From the NCBI GenBank assembly GCA_000002445.1, contig CP000068.1, forward strand, positions 1,408,001 to 1,472,000: a stretch of 64,000 bases of DNA. Direction: 5' to 3'. Below are positions 12,090 to 23,770 of the stretch, piece after piece. This stretch comes from Trypanosoma brucei. Taxonomy: Eukaryota. The notes below the pieces were generated by a model. The model ran no database searches and was not told where the DNA came from. It saw only the letters and a list, made by a program, of their open reading frames with translations. A program made the position numbers and the translations under genes. Position 1 is the stretch's first letter; each line of letters begins with the position of its first letter.

Positions 12090-13716
12090 TTCTTCAAAGC
12101 TCATAGCAGCAGCCATGATCAAAGACAATTTCTTATTTACTAGAAAACTACAATTTGGGACCTTTGTTTTTCAGGCTCATTCTCGTTATCTTTCCCCTTT
12201 CTCCATGCACAATTTTGCTTGTCGCCTGTTTTGTCATTTTCACAAGCTTTCTTATCAGTTCCGTGTTTTGCACATCCAGTTGCAGCTGCCTTCCCTGCAG
12301 GTCCCTCTGCTTCCGCTCCTGCTCCTTCTTTAGTTGCTTGTTCGCTTGCTGCTGTCGTATTCAATTTGCACTTTTTCCATTCACCAGCTGCCTTGTCATC
12401 CCATTCAATTCCGCTGCCTGTTGTCACTGCTGTCGGTCTGTTATTGTTACACACTTTTGGTCGGTATTTGTTTTGAGCGTGCCGGCCGCAGTTGTAGTTT
12501 CGGCCAGTCCGCTTGCAGCGTATGAAATTTCCACTTCATTTGCTACCGCATAGGCGGCCTCCCTCGTTGCTTTTAGTTGGTCTTCGACGGCTTCTGCTGC
12601 TTTGAGTGCATCTTTCCTTGCCTGCAGCTGATGTTGCAGTTGCCGCAGTTTCTCTGCCCACGTTATTTGTTTGAAGCCGGTTGTTCCGGTGCCCGTATAT
12701 GCCGTATACTTTACGCATAGCCCGTTATTGGATTTACCGCCACAGTTGCCGGTGTTGTATGCCCCGAGGTCTCCGTTGCCGCTAATTATCCGGATGCTCC
12801 TTTGGAGGGTATCTAGTGGGCCTTTGATATCGGCGGCGCTTATTGTTGTTTTGTCTGTTTTAGCGCAGTAGGCTAGGACGGTTGTTACTTGCGCGGCTGT
12901 GGGGACCGAGGCAACGGTCCACTGCTCGGCCGCCATGCCATGCCCGCAAGCTTCGTCCTGGTTGTTCGAGTCCGCTTTGACGCATAAGCAGGCCAGTGTG
13001 GCCGCTACTGAGGTAGCTTTTGTTGTCGGCAGTGCATCTTGGCAGTAGCCGGCGCAGTTCGTTGCCGCGCCGCTCCCGAAGGCGTCCGAGTGGGCCACTG
13101 TTGCTCCGGTTTTGCCTGTCTTGCCGAACACCGCTGTCGCTAGCGTCTCTGTCAACGAGCTTGGTCTGGGTTTGTTTAATTTTTGCTCAAGTTGAGTCCG
13201 CGCCGATTGAAGTTTCAAAGCTATGGATTCCAGTGTTCGGATCCTTGCCAGGGCCACTGTTTTGAGTTTTTTTGATAAAGCCTCAAAGCCATGCTGCTTG
13301 ATTTCGTCTGCTTTAGTTGGGGTCTTGGCATCTTGTATTGCCTTTATCCAGCGTGCCCACGCGTCGTACCATCCGCCAGGATCACTCATACCGTGTGGAA
13401 ACTTTGTTTCCCAGGTTTTACCATCTCCCCCCTTGCTGAATTTTGCTTGCCACTCCTGTGAGCTTAAAGTCATATTTAGCGCTTTGATGTCTTCGAAAGC
13501 CTGTTTTCCTTTGTCGCTGTCCACCGGTAAGGTGGGTTTGCTTTCAGAGAGTGCGACTAGTTGGCACAGCGCGCCGAACTCCAATGCATTTGTGCCTGGT
13601 TGTACGTTGCCGGCGTCCGCTGTTGTCAAGCTTGACATCAATGCTATTAAAATGCTCGCCGTTTTCATAATGGATGTTTGACTCTTTATCTTGATCATTT
13701 TTTCTTTAAAGTTCAA
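12090..13716 (-). pseudogene. VSG: VSG pseudogene (B-type N-domain; frameshifts in C-terminal region)
   Basis: 12424-13716 ORF has signal peptide MKTASILIALMSSLTTADA and an N-domain. The C-domain (NCAWRKGKDNENEPEKQ) is in a different frame (12140-12454). A GPI-tail SFLLNKKLSLIMAAAMSF sits in a third frame at ~12095-12150. DIRE copy A starts only ~60 bp downstream of the stop. Confidence 0.75.
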
Positions 13717-14694
13717 AAAATGTAGAAAAGTGACGTGTTTTGGGAAACCGGTGTTTGTTTTTGGAGTTTAGTTTTGGATTAAACTTGGTATATTTCATTA
13801 TTTCTAATCGCTATGCCCACATTTTAGTTGGACATTGGAAGAAAGCGAGTTTTGTTTAGCTTGAGATCTTTTGCAGCTAGTAAACGATTTTAGTAAGGGT
13901 TACGGGTTAATTCCATGTGCCAGAGCCGCGCTGTGGAACAGAAGTTGTTTGTAATGGTCAGTTGGCCTGATGTATAGTGGTGGTGTCAATTGTTGCATCC
14001 ACCCTAAGGAGTAAATGTATTGCTCAAGGAAAGTTTGCTCTAGTAGCGACACGGTGTTTTTGGTTGCCGGCGCAGGCCAGCTTCGCCTTAAATATTGAGG
14101 TTAAAGGACAGTAGTGCGAATGCATTTTTTATCAGTTTCTTATCCTTAAAACTACCCTTCTTTAAACGCCTTACCACATATATTTCCATAGTCAATCTTC
14201 AATTCCATTACCTGCCGCACAAATTTAATTTTTCCCAAACTCTCTTGTTCTAAATTGCCTTTTCTCTAACTTTTTATACCAAGTAAGACTATACACAACA
14301 AACTTAGCCCTTTCCCCCATGGAATTAAGTTCCCTGGAAAATGAATAAATGAGGTATGACAAAAGTCCCCGATATGCGGAATAGAAAAGAAGTTCTCCTT
14401 ATAATCTAGCCCGATCATTTCTCTTCTCCTCAAAACAAATCTCTGTCTAATATCCTCTTCCTGAACGGCACTTCATATTAGCAGAGGCTTTGAAATACTC
14501 TGATCCGACCACCATTCCTCACTTTTTTTGAGTAATACCCTAAATGCATATTTACATTTACTAAATGCCCACTTTTTCGTTAGCACATCACCACAACTAG
14601 GATAGGATTCTCCACTGAGAGGTGATTTTAGTAAATGCGGTAACTTTTTATCCTCTTCTTTTTTCTGTGACCAACATTGAAAAAATTTTATATC

Positions 14695-15135
14695 TTAACA
14701 TGCTTTTTTGTGAATTTCCTTCTCACTAAACATCTTTTCATTTTCTGCAAAATTTTGTATAAAATATTCTACAACCTTTTCGTATTTTTCTCCGTCAAAA
14801 ACAATAACATCTGACCCATCAACAGTTATTACAATATCTTCATCACTTGCATTCTGTTTTTCTAAGAATTTCATAACCCATCTAGCTCTTTTGACATGGC
14901 TATACAAACATCCCGTTGCAATTGTAATAATTTCAACGTTTCTTAGTTTGGCACTCAATGTGAATCTACGCCATCCTTGATGTGCATAAGTTTGAACTAC
15001 AATCACGAACACTCCGTGGATTATTGGGGTTATTATGTATTGTGCCGTTTCACCCTCTTGAACAGATACTGATCTTAAATGCACAAAATACAAAGATATC
15101 GAAATTAGTAGAGTTCTCAATATAACAAATTTCAT
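14695..15135 (-). CDS. Hypothetical 146-aa type-II membrane protein with GT-A-fold-like (Rossmann beta-alpha-beta, DxD-like) N-terminal region. Possibly a truncated glycosyltransferase-like gene.
   Basis: ATG at 15133-15135. N-terminal signal-anchor KFVILRTLLISISLYFVHL. Alternating hydrophobic strands/helices ending in DEDIVITVDGSDVIVFDGEKYE. A paralogous degenerate copy at ~54280-54720 shares ~1 kb of flank. It lies in the co-transposed region between a 70-bp repeat and a VSG. Confidence 0.45.
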   Translation of the reverse strand: MKFVILRTLLISISLYFVHLRSVSVQEGETAQYIITPIIHGVFVIVVQTYAHQGWRRFTLSAKLRNVEIITIATGCLYSHVKRARWVMKFLEKQNASDEDIVITVDGSDVIVFDGEKYEKVVEYFIQNFAENEKMFSEKEIHKKAC

Positions 15136-16009
15136 GCAATAATCTGCCTTTGTGTTTGATATTGTTATAAGAAAGTAATATAAAATGTTAAGGAAAGAAG
15201 TTAGTTGTGATACTAAGGTGTTTAGTAACGTAATCAGTATTTACATATCTATGTGAGCTTTGCCCTTATATTGTTATGATTATCTGTTAAACGATGTTTT
15301 CTCATTGCTTGTAGCGTATTTTTCAAGATGAATATACCGTATTATTTTGGGAAATTACATTCACCCACAGTTATTGGTCTACACCACGTTAACTCCACCG
15401 TACATTTAATTCTTTGAATTTCCCCATGAATTACAATTGGAATTAAAGTATACATTTAAACTTTCCGCTTTGAACATACTAACATTAAAAACATTACTAT
15501 TATAACTACCCCAAAAAGCAAGTCTCGTCATTAGACTCTCATTACTGCCCTTTCATGGACTTCTGTTACTTTCCGCGCTACCACCAACTCTGCAGCATAA
15601 CCTACCAATTTCCTAGTGAAATATGAAGCGCAATATCCTCCCCTTGGTGTATCATTTATTTTGTTGCTGTGATATTGTAAATTTTGTTGTTTAATATTGA
15701 ATTTTCTTTTTTTCTTTTCATCTTCTGTCGCTGTTTCTCTGGAAACCGTAGCTACTCATTATACCCGTGCACTGGAATCTGTCTTTCCCTCATTGTCCAC
15801 TCCATCATCTCTCTGCATATGCTGATAATCATTTTCACATTTCTGTGTTTTGAAGCTGCGAATATTCCATTTCCTTCTTTTTATTTAAGGATATCCCTTT
15901 CTTATTTAATAATATCCCTATTATCTTCTATTTCTCACGTTTGTACCCCCACTCCACCTTTCCATTATCATATATGATTCTATTCTATGCATCCACTAAG
16001 TCATCATTA

Positions 16010-16330
<321 letters not shown>

Positions 16331-16508
16331 CAATTTTCTTTTAATAGTCATGAAAAATGAATTGAATAAAATAAAAACCCCTTCATTTTTCATGACTATC
16401 ACCATATTAATTTGCACCCATAGGATACTATCATACGAATTTTACTGATTTATAATTTTTTAAATACTTTTAAATTTCTCAAAATAGCAAAATTTAACAC
16501 ATTTTTTA

Positions 16509-17954
16509 TCATCGAAGAAAAAATGCAGGCAAAAGAGGGGCTTTATGAATGACAAATGAATTGTTTCCTGTGGTGTTTGTGGTTTTGGCACCTTTCCCTT
16601 CTTGGTTTGCTTTTTCTGCTGTTTTTTGGCCTTTCTCACTCAATGTGCACTTTTTTGCCTCATCTTGTGCTTCGGCGTTCCACTTGCATGGCGTTTTGCA
16701 TTCTGTGTCTTTGTCAATCTTATTGCACTTTGCTTCGGCTGCTTCTTTGGCAGTTTCCGATTTGTTTTGGGCTTGGAGTTGCCGCTTTGCTTCTAGTAAC
16801 TCTGCCTGTTGTTTTTGTTCCCTCACTTCGCGGTCGTGCAATGTTTCAGAAAGGATTTGCTTCAGGACGGCGGGCTCTTTGATTTCTTTCAGCTGCGTTC
16901 CGGCAGGCTTACCGGCTGTGTCCTTGGGTAGTGTATATTCCTCGACTAACTTCCAGTTGTTGTTTGTGAAATTTGCTGGGTCTTTACCGAACACTGTGTC
17001 TATTTGATCTTGTAGTTGCTTTTCCGTTGTTTCAGGCGTGACTCCGTAGACAATCCGGAAAGCTAGCTTGAAGTGCTGTTCAGTTTTTAGGGCTGAAATA
17101 CCTTTGTTAGTGTAGCCCGCTACTGGCGTGGTGGGGCTTGAAAATCCTTTCCAGGCTTCTGCGATGGCTGCTTTACTTCCTGCCCCCGGATTCGTCGCAA
17201 GGTCGTTTAGCTTCCGTTCGTTTGTTACAGTCGGTGTAATTTTTAATAGCCCGCCCGCCACTTCGACGCCAGTCCCAAGGCTGGTTCCGTCGACGTAGCC
17301 GTTGTTGTTGCCGAGCGTTAGCAGCTTGCACCCTGTTTCGCCGGTTGTGGTTTGTGCTGGTGCTGCTGTTTCGTATTTTTTAAGTCCATTGTCATCGATG
17401 ATGTCGTTTGCCGCTACGCCCGTTGGGTCGTCACCGATTTGTGCTTTGCAACCGCCATGAGCTTGGGCTAGCTCAGTTAAACCTTGCTTTAGGCCGGTTG
17501 CCTCGCTGCCGTCGTTAGTTGTGATGCACCCCTTGGTGTTCGCTTGCCTCGGCCCTGCCGCTATGGTTAGAAATTCTTTGATTTGACCTAGAAGTTTGGC
17601 GGCATTTTCGAGGTTATTCCAGAAAGCGGGTTCTGTTTTACCTTCTGTGTGTTTTCGGGCCGCTGCTGCTTCGAAGCTCAGGTAGGAGGCGAGGACGGCG
17701 AATCGCCGTCTTGTTTGGGCATCGGAAGTTGATTGTTGCAGAATCTGCGTACGTGTTTGTTGCAGCCCCATGTCCAGTGAAAGCTGCCTGTGTTTCTGTT
17801 GAGCTAATTTGGTACCGGCCATTCTGTCCTTGAATGCCGCATAGACATCGCAAAGGTTTTTCCATGGTGTTGTCTTTAGCGGCTGGTTGTTGGTGGTTTT
17901 TCCTGGTGGTGCCGATGCTAGGCATAGTATAAGGAGGGTTGCTGCCAGCCGCAT
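16509..17954 (-). CDS. VSG: Variant surface glycoprotein (VSG), full-length ORF 481 aa
   Basis: Signal peptide MRLAATLLILCLASAPPGKT. Large N-domain. C-domain with conserved Cys. Type-2 GPI signal ...TTNTTGNNSFVIHKAPLLPAFFLR (ends in R rather than the usual F). Confidence 0.85.
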   Translation of the reverse strand: MRLAATLLILCLASAPPGKTTNNQPLKTTPWKNLCDVYAAFKDRMAGTKLAQQKHRQLSLDMGLQQTRTQILQQSTSDAQTRRRFAVLASYLSFEAAAARKHTEGKTEPAFWNNLENAAKLLGQIKEFLTIAAGPRQANTKGCITTNDGSEATGLKQGLTELAQAHGGCKAQIGDDPTGVAANDIIDDNGLKKYETAAPAQTTTGETGCKLLTLGNNNGYVDGTSLGTGVEVAGGLLKITPTVTNERKLNDLATNPGAGSKAAIAEAWKGFSSPTTPVAGYTNKGISALKTEQHFKLAFRIVYGVTPETTEKQLQDQIDTVFGKDPANFTNNNWKLVEEYTLPKDTAGKPAGTQLKEIKEPAVLKQILSETLHDREVREQKQQAELLEAKRQLQAQNKSETAKEAAEAKCNKIDKDTECKTPCKWNAEAQDEAKKCTLSEKGQKTAEKANQEGKGAKTTNTTGNNSFVIHKAPLLPAFFLR

Positions 17955-19787
17955 TTGCCACTTAGTGCTAGTTTTCTTACGAATTTACAGCGTTTTTGGT
18001 CGTATCAAATGCTACGTATTCTTTTATTGGTTTAATATACGGAAATTGTGAGCTTCTAGCGCTGTATATCTTACTTTGTTTTTTGTTAAGCTACGCCTGC
18101 GGTGACCGCGGCGTAAATTGCTTGATTTTATTTAAACTGGAACACAGTAAAAATATAAAATACCAAAAATTTATAAAAATATGAGATAAATAAAAATTCA
18201 CAGATCTCCTGTGACTTCAGCACCACATATTCTTGATTTTACTAGGGTTAGGTTTATCTTACGCTGCGCTCATATCAGTCATAGGAGCAAAATGTGGTCT
18301 ATATTGTAAATGGCCTTGGGCTTATATTCTGATCCTGGCGACTTGTAGTGTTCCAAGATATGAAAGAGAAGTGTTTAATTCGAAAGAATTAGACTGTTGC
18401 GTATACCAGTTGTTGGAGAGTTTCTGCTTGAAATCTTCTACAAAAAAGTTGGTTCTAGCCAGTGTTTGTGTATCGTTTTATCTTGAGCGTCACATTTCTC
18501 GGAAATAAAAAAGAAGTGGCTATTCTCCTTGGCTTCTTTCTCATTAATTATGCGGTTTCCATGGGCTAGTGTCAGTCGGCGGCTACTGCCACGGCGCTGT
18601 CGCTTGTGTTTTTGAACTCCAGTTTATAACCATTTATATTACTCTAACGAATCTTTTTCCTTAGCCCATAATATTTTGTCGCTAGTTTAAAATCATAGCG
18701 ATTCCCAACTTATAAAGTACATTTAAATCCACCCAGATTTAAAATATGGGTTTCTATGCTTTTTAAACATTGGTTTTTTCCGGCGATTCACCATTATTGC
18801 ATGCCAATTCACTGATAATATAGCGCCACTAATTCTGACAGATAATAGTCTCTGGAGGTACATGCAGCGAATTCTTGTATTTTTTAGAGCGACTTCCTCT
18901 TGTAGCCATTGATTTTCTCTAATTGCACTTTTATCACCTTTTGCGAATTATTGGTTTATGCATGAAGTCGGTACTTGCGAGAACTCTCTAATGAATTATA
19001 CCAACCCTGAGTATTATCGCTGTACTGCCGCTGCGCTAGTATAAAATTGGTATAGTGTTGCTGTTATGTCCCATAGATAAAAAAGCTCCTATAACGGCTC
19101 ATATGTACCTTTTAAAGCAGTTGCGACGTTTTCATTCGTTTTATTTTGACAGAATAGTACATTAGTATTCTCATTTTTAAAATTCTGCTTCAGATAATAT
19201 TATATTTCTGCCCATAAGTGTTTGCCATCATTACTATGTGTGATGAAAAAAGTTTGGCAATACCACACAATGAGTCAGCATCTTCTTCTTTTTTCTGCCC
19301 CTGCCTCTACTTGTACATTCTTATAGCTGATAACTAGGATACGATACCAGATTAGGAACTACAGTCGCCACAATCATCATACGTTTTTGATCTTTCCACA
19401 TCTGTATGAAATACACTGCATAATTGGCTCCTTTTTTCTCGATGTATTATTTTCTCCTGTACGGTATTCTCCTGCATCCACTTGTTCAATTCCATATTCT
19501 CCCTTCTCTTTTTTATTCGCTGCTCCTATAACTGAAGATCACGTGGCGACTCTATATTTCCAGTGCGAGCGAACATAAAACTTTATGATTTTCACCTCAT
19601 TGGTCTTGTTTAAGATGACATCGTTTATAATTTCCTTGCTTGAGAGTGAGCATCATATATATTTCTCACTTTATTTTCTTCTATGAAATTCCTACCACTC
19701 GATTCTTACTATTTCACATTCACCCACACTAATTGCATCCTTGCTATTGTTTTTTCTCCTCTCGTTTTTTATTTTATTGCGGAAACC

Positions 19788-19890
19788 ATTACTCTTATTA
19801 TAATATTCGTATATACACACACTCACAACACTCTCCTATCACTATCACTATGATTATAACTATTATTACCATAATTGGTATTCATAAAAT
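19788..19890. repeat. 70-bp repeat unit
   Basis: cattactcttattataatattcgtatatacacacactcacaacactctcctatcactatc... Confidence 0.85.
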
Positions 19891-20035
19891 AATTAGGGAT
19901 ATGAAACTCTCGTAACAGCACTAACATTTCACCCTATCAAATTATACTTTACATATATGAGGAACTTTCACGCCAAAATTTTAAATATTTCAAAATTACT
20001 AATATTTTCATTTATTCGAATATGTTCATCAAAAA

Positions 20036-20051
20036 GTGCTAAAATATATCA
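20036..20051 (-). promoter_or_regulatory. VSG 3'UTR 16-mer element (1 mismatch)
   Basis: gtgctaaaatatatca is the reverse complement of TGATATATTTTAGCAC (consensus TGATATATTTTAACAC). It lies downstream of the VSG fragment 20144-21490. Confidence 0.7.
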
Positions 20052-20143
20052 AAATAAAAATTATAAAAATTATAAACTTTATATAATTAAGCAAAAATAC
20101 TTAAATGTATAAAATATTACCCAAGTCACAAAAGCAGCAGCTA

Positions 20144-21490
20144 TCAGAGAAAATTTCTTATTGAGGAGAATGCTGGAATCCTTGCAATCTGTTCCCTCCC
20201 ACTTACAATCCGTAGATTTGCAATCTTTCTCAGGTTTGCCTTTGCAGTTATCTGTTTTTGTTTCTGTTGTTTTAGTTTGTGCTGCGTGGGCGCCATTCTT
20301 TTTAACCTTTTCTGCATCTTATTTGCATCTTTTTTTAGCTTCTGTTTTATCAAAACTACATGCCGCAATTGCATGGCAAGCCGTTTCGTCTTTTATGGCG
20401 TAGCAGACGTCTTCTGTGACTGATGTATCGCATTTTAGTGGTTCTGATTGCTTTGCTAACGCTTTGACAAGCATATTTCTTGCAACCGTCCTTTTTTCTT
20501 TGTCTTTTTGTGTCTAGGTTCCTGTTAAAAATTGCTTGAGCTCTTTACGTAGGTTAGAAAATACGATCTTTTTTATAGTTATTTCTTTGGCTTCGCCGGG
20601 CATACATAAATAAGTGCCTTCAACTTTGGTGTCGTCGATCTAAGGGTCGGTGTCCTCTCCGAGGTTAGCTAGCTTTTTTAGAGTGGCGAGAGTGTTTTGC
20701 AGTGCTGACGTTACAGCGGTGTATCGGCTCTGTGTTTCCATTATTGCCGATGTCGACGGTTTTGTGTGTTGCGTGCTCCAAGCGTTATTGTTGCAAGCCG
20801 TTCCTGCTATATTGAGTAATTTGCCGGTTAGATACAGGGTAGCTTCGTTGCCGTTTTCATGCGCGAGTATTTCGTGCGTGTTTATCGTCCCACTTAAATG
20901 GCATTTACCGTTAGCATTTGTGTCAAGAGCAGGCGTCCCTCTGCCGCTTATTTCGCCCGTTAGAGCTGCCAGGCTTGGTCGTTTTGTTACCTCTGCGTCA
21001 CCGTGATTTCTCTGGATCTCGTTACCGATTACGCAGTTTGGTATGTCTTCCTTTGTTGCAACTTGGTTGTCACTGTTGGTTCGTGTCATGCAGTACGCTT
21101 CCCAGCGACAGTGTTTTCTTGGATTTGAAAAACATCTCTGTCGTTTCGCTTATTTGTCCCGCAAGTGTTGCCGTCGATAGGGCCGCTTTGATTAACCATG
21201 GAAGGTTTCCAGCGAGCGCTTGTTGTGCTTTGTCGATTTCCGAGCTGATATACATGTAGGCATTTAAGTTGTCGTCAGTATATTCAATTAGCTCTTTTTT
21301 AAACATGAGTTTTAGGTTTGTCGTCGTTGATTTTAATTTTGTCTTCGATTCTGGCATTTTTGTCACCATTGCCGTTGCAAAGTGGCCTATCTCTTTTAAA
21401 CTTTTGGCGATCCCACAGGCTAGGTTGAAGCCCGCTGCAGGCCACGATTCTTTAGTTCCACTGCTGCACTGACAATTGCGTGGAAACATA
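20144..21490 (-). pseudogene. VSG: VSG pseudogene, N-terminally truncated at the ingi insertion and frameshifted
   Basis: C-domain fragment at 20144-20374. N-domain fragments at 20640-21089 and 21070-21480. The reading frame runs directly into the ingi 5' end at ~21490. No signal peptide is found on either side of the ingi. Confidence 0.7.
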
Positions 21491-21725
21491 TGACAAATTT
21501 CCCCTGGCGATTCCGGCCACCTCAACGCGGTGCCGGGGTCCAGTACCCAGTATCATCGGGGGAAGCCAAGAGCCAGCAGCGTTCCTTTCATGGGGAACAA
21601 TGCTTTGCTCCGGCTACGGCATCATACAGCACAAGGATCAGCAGCGTCTTGCTGGGACACCGTTTTTCATTTGTCGGTCCCTGGGCACGTGCCAGCGTAT
21701 CATCAGCAGTATCATCCGCACTAAG

Positions 21726-23768
21726 ATGCTGCTGTCCGGTGATGTGGAAGAGAATCCCGGCCCGTCGTTGCGCGGAATGCAGTGGAACTGCGCCGGGCTA
21801 TCTCAAGGAAAGAGATTAGCACTCCACAAAACCCTTGTTGATGAGCGGATTGCCTTTTGTCTGTTGAGCGAGACAAGGATGACGCCTGGAGAGGCGGCTT
21901 GCTTTAGCGTTGCTGGCTACCAACATCACGGAATAGCTCGTAACTGCAAAGGAGGTGGTGTATCAATACTAGTGAGGGAGGACCCACCAGTCGAGACCGG
22001 TATGGCCGTTGTTGGTCGCATTGAACAAGTGCATGCAACAATTCACCTTGCACGTGGAACGGCGCTGACCGTCACGTCGGCATACATCCCACCAAAACAC
22101 ACCTTCACGGCAACTGACCTAGATACGCTTCTGACGACTGACGGTGCCCAGCTCATCGGTGCAGACGCTAACGCACACGCGTTGGCATGGGATCGCGCGA
22201 GCCCACCAAATACCAAGGGTGAAACCCTCACACAGTGGTGCATTGACAACCAGTTTCTGGTCTGCAACACTGGTGAGTGCACCAGGTACGCGCGCCACCA
22301 CGGGGAGTCCACCCCTGATGTGACACTGTCAAGGAATTGCACAGTGTACACGTGGACATCGCTGTATTCTCCCGATAGCGATCACCATCACATATTTTTC
22401 GACGTTGTCGTTGGAGACGGCACAGATGCACTGAGCTGCCCACGGCTTCGAAAGCCCATGTACGCATGGCTAAAAGCTGACTGGAGGAATTTCCGTCTCA
22501 AGGTTGACGAGCTCTGCAGGAAAATTGGTAGAGAGAAGAACGTCAACACCCTGGAACAGAAATTGAGCTCCGCCATCCGCATTGCGACGAAGGTCTCCGT
22601 CCCCCGTGGCTACAGAGCAACGGCACCACATTGGACACCTGAGCTCGCGAAACTCGATGAAGAGATCGCTGGATGCGGACCATCCAACCGAAGGGAAAAG
22701 TTGGTAGCCACGCGTAAGCAGATCCTGGACCGTACCACAAAGAAGAGATGGAGCACGCTATGCTCCAGACTTGCGGTGTCAGACCGCTGCAGTTGGCACA
22801 TTGTAAAGAAGGTATATGCGCCACGACCACTAACCACACCGGCGTTACTTGTTGATAACGCGGCCATCACGGACTACCGTCAAGCTGAGAGGTTCAGTAA
22901 GCTGTACTCGTCCCGCGCAAGAAGGCACCCCGACTCACACCCACCGGCACCCATAAAGACGATAGCGAGTGAGTTCAGTCCCATCACGATGGCTGAACTA
23001 CGGAGATCGATCAAACTGCTACCGTGTGGATCCGCAGCCGGACCTGATTGCTTATACAACGAGGCACTGCAACATCTCGGCAGAACAGCGCTGAATGTTG
23101 TTCTGAGGCTATTCAATGAGAGCCTACGAACGGGAGTCGTGCCGCCTGCATGGAAGACTGGCGTTATCATCCCCATCCTGAAGGCCGGAAAAAAGGCGGA
23201 GGACCTCGATTCTTACAGGCCTGTGACGCTCACGAGCTGTCTCTGCAAAGTCATGGAACGCATAATTGCCGCGAGACTTAGAGACACTGTTGAGTCCCAG
23301 CTGACGCCGCAGCAATCAGGCTTTCGCCCCGGATGCTCAACGCTCGAACAACTCCTGCACGTCCGCGCTGCCCTCTGCCGTCCCACACACCAATCTCGTA
23401 CGGGTGCTGTATTCGTTGACTACGAGAAGGCATTCGATACAGTAGACCACGACAAAATTTCGAGGGAAATGCACAGAATGAAGGTATCACCCCACATTGT
23501 GAAGTGGTGCGTATCATTTCTGAGTAACCGAACTGGCAGAGTGAGATTCAAGGAGAAGCTTTCCAGAAGCAGAACATTTGAGCGAGGAGTGCCACAAGGA
23601 ACTGTCCTTGGCCCAATCATGTTCATTATTGTCATGAACTCGTTGAGCCAGCAACGCCTTGCAGAAGTGCCGTTACTGCAGCACGGATTCTTTGCAGACG
23701 ACCTAACGCTGCTTGCGAGACACACAAAGAGAGGGATGTCATCAACCACACACTACAGTGCGGTCTAA
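21726..23768 (+). pseudogene. ingi ORF fragment 1 (2A peptide, endonuclease, reverse transcriptase), ends at TAA 23766-23768
   Basis: MLLSGDVEENPGPSLRGMQWNCAGLSQGKR...FADDLTLLARH. Continuation is in another frame from 23771. Confidence 0.85.
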
Positions 23769-23770
23769 AC

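Noticed and set aside
18233..18508. 91-aa plus-strand ORF in VSG upstream region
   Set aside because: No signal of homology, repetition or codon bias distinguishing it from background.
21480..21725. N-terminal 82 residues of the 762-aa ingi ORF as a coding extension (METYDKFPLAIPATSTR...)
   Set aside because: This region is the RIME-like 5' UTR of ingi. The real ORF starts at ATG 21726 just before the 2A motif.
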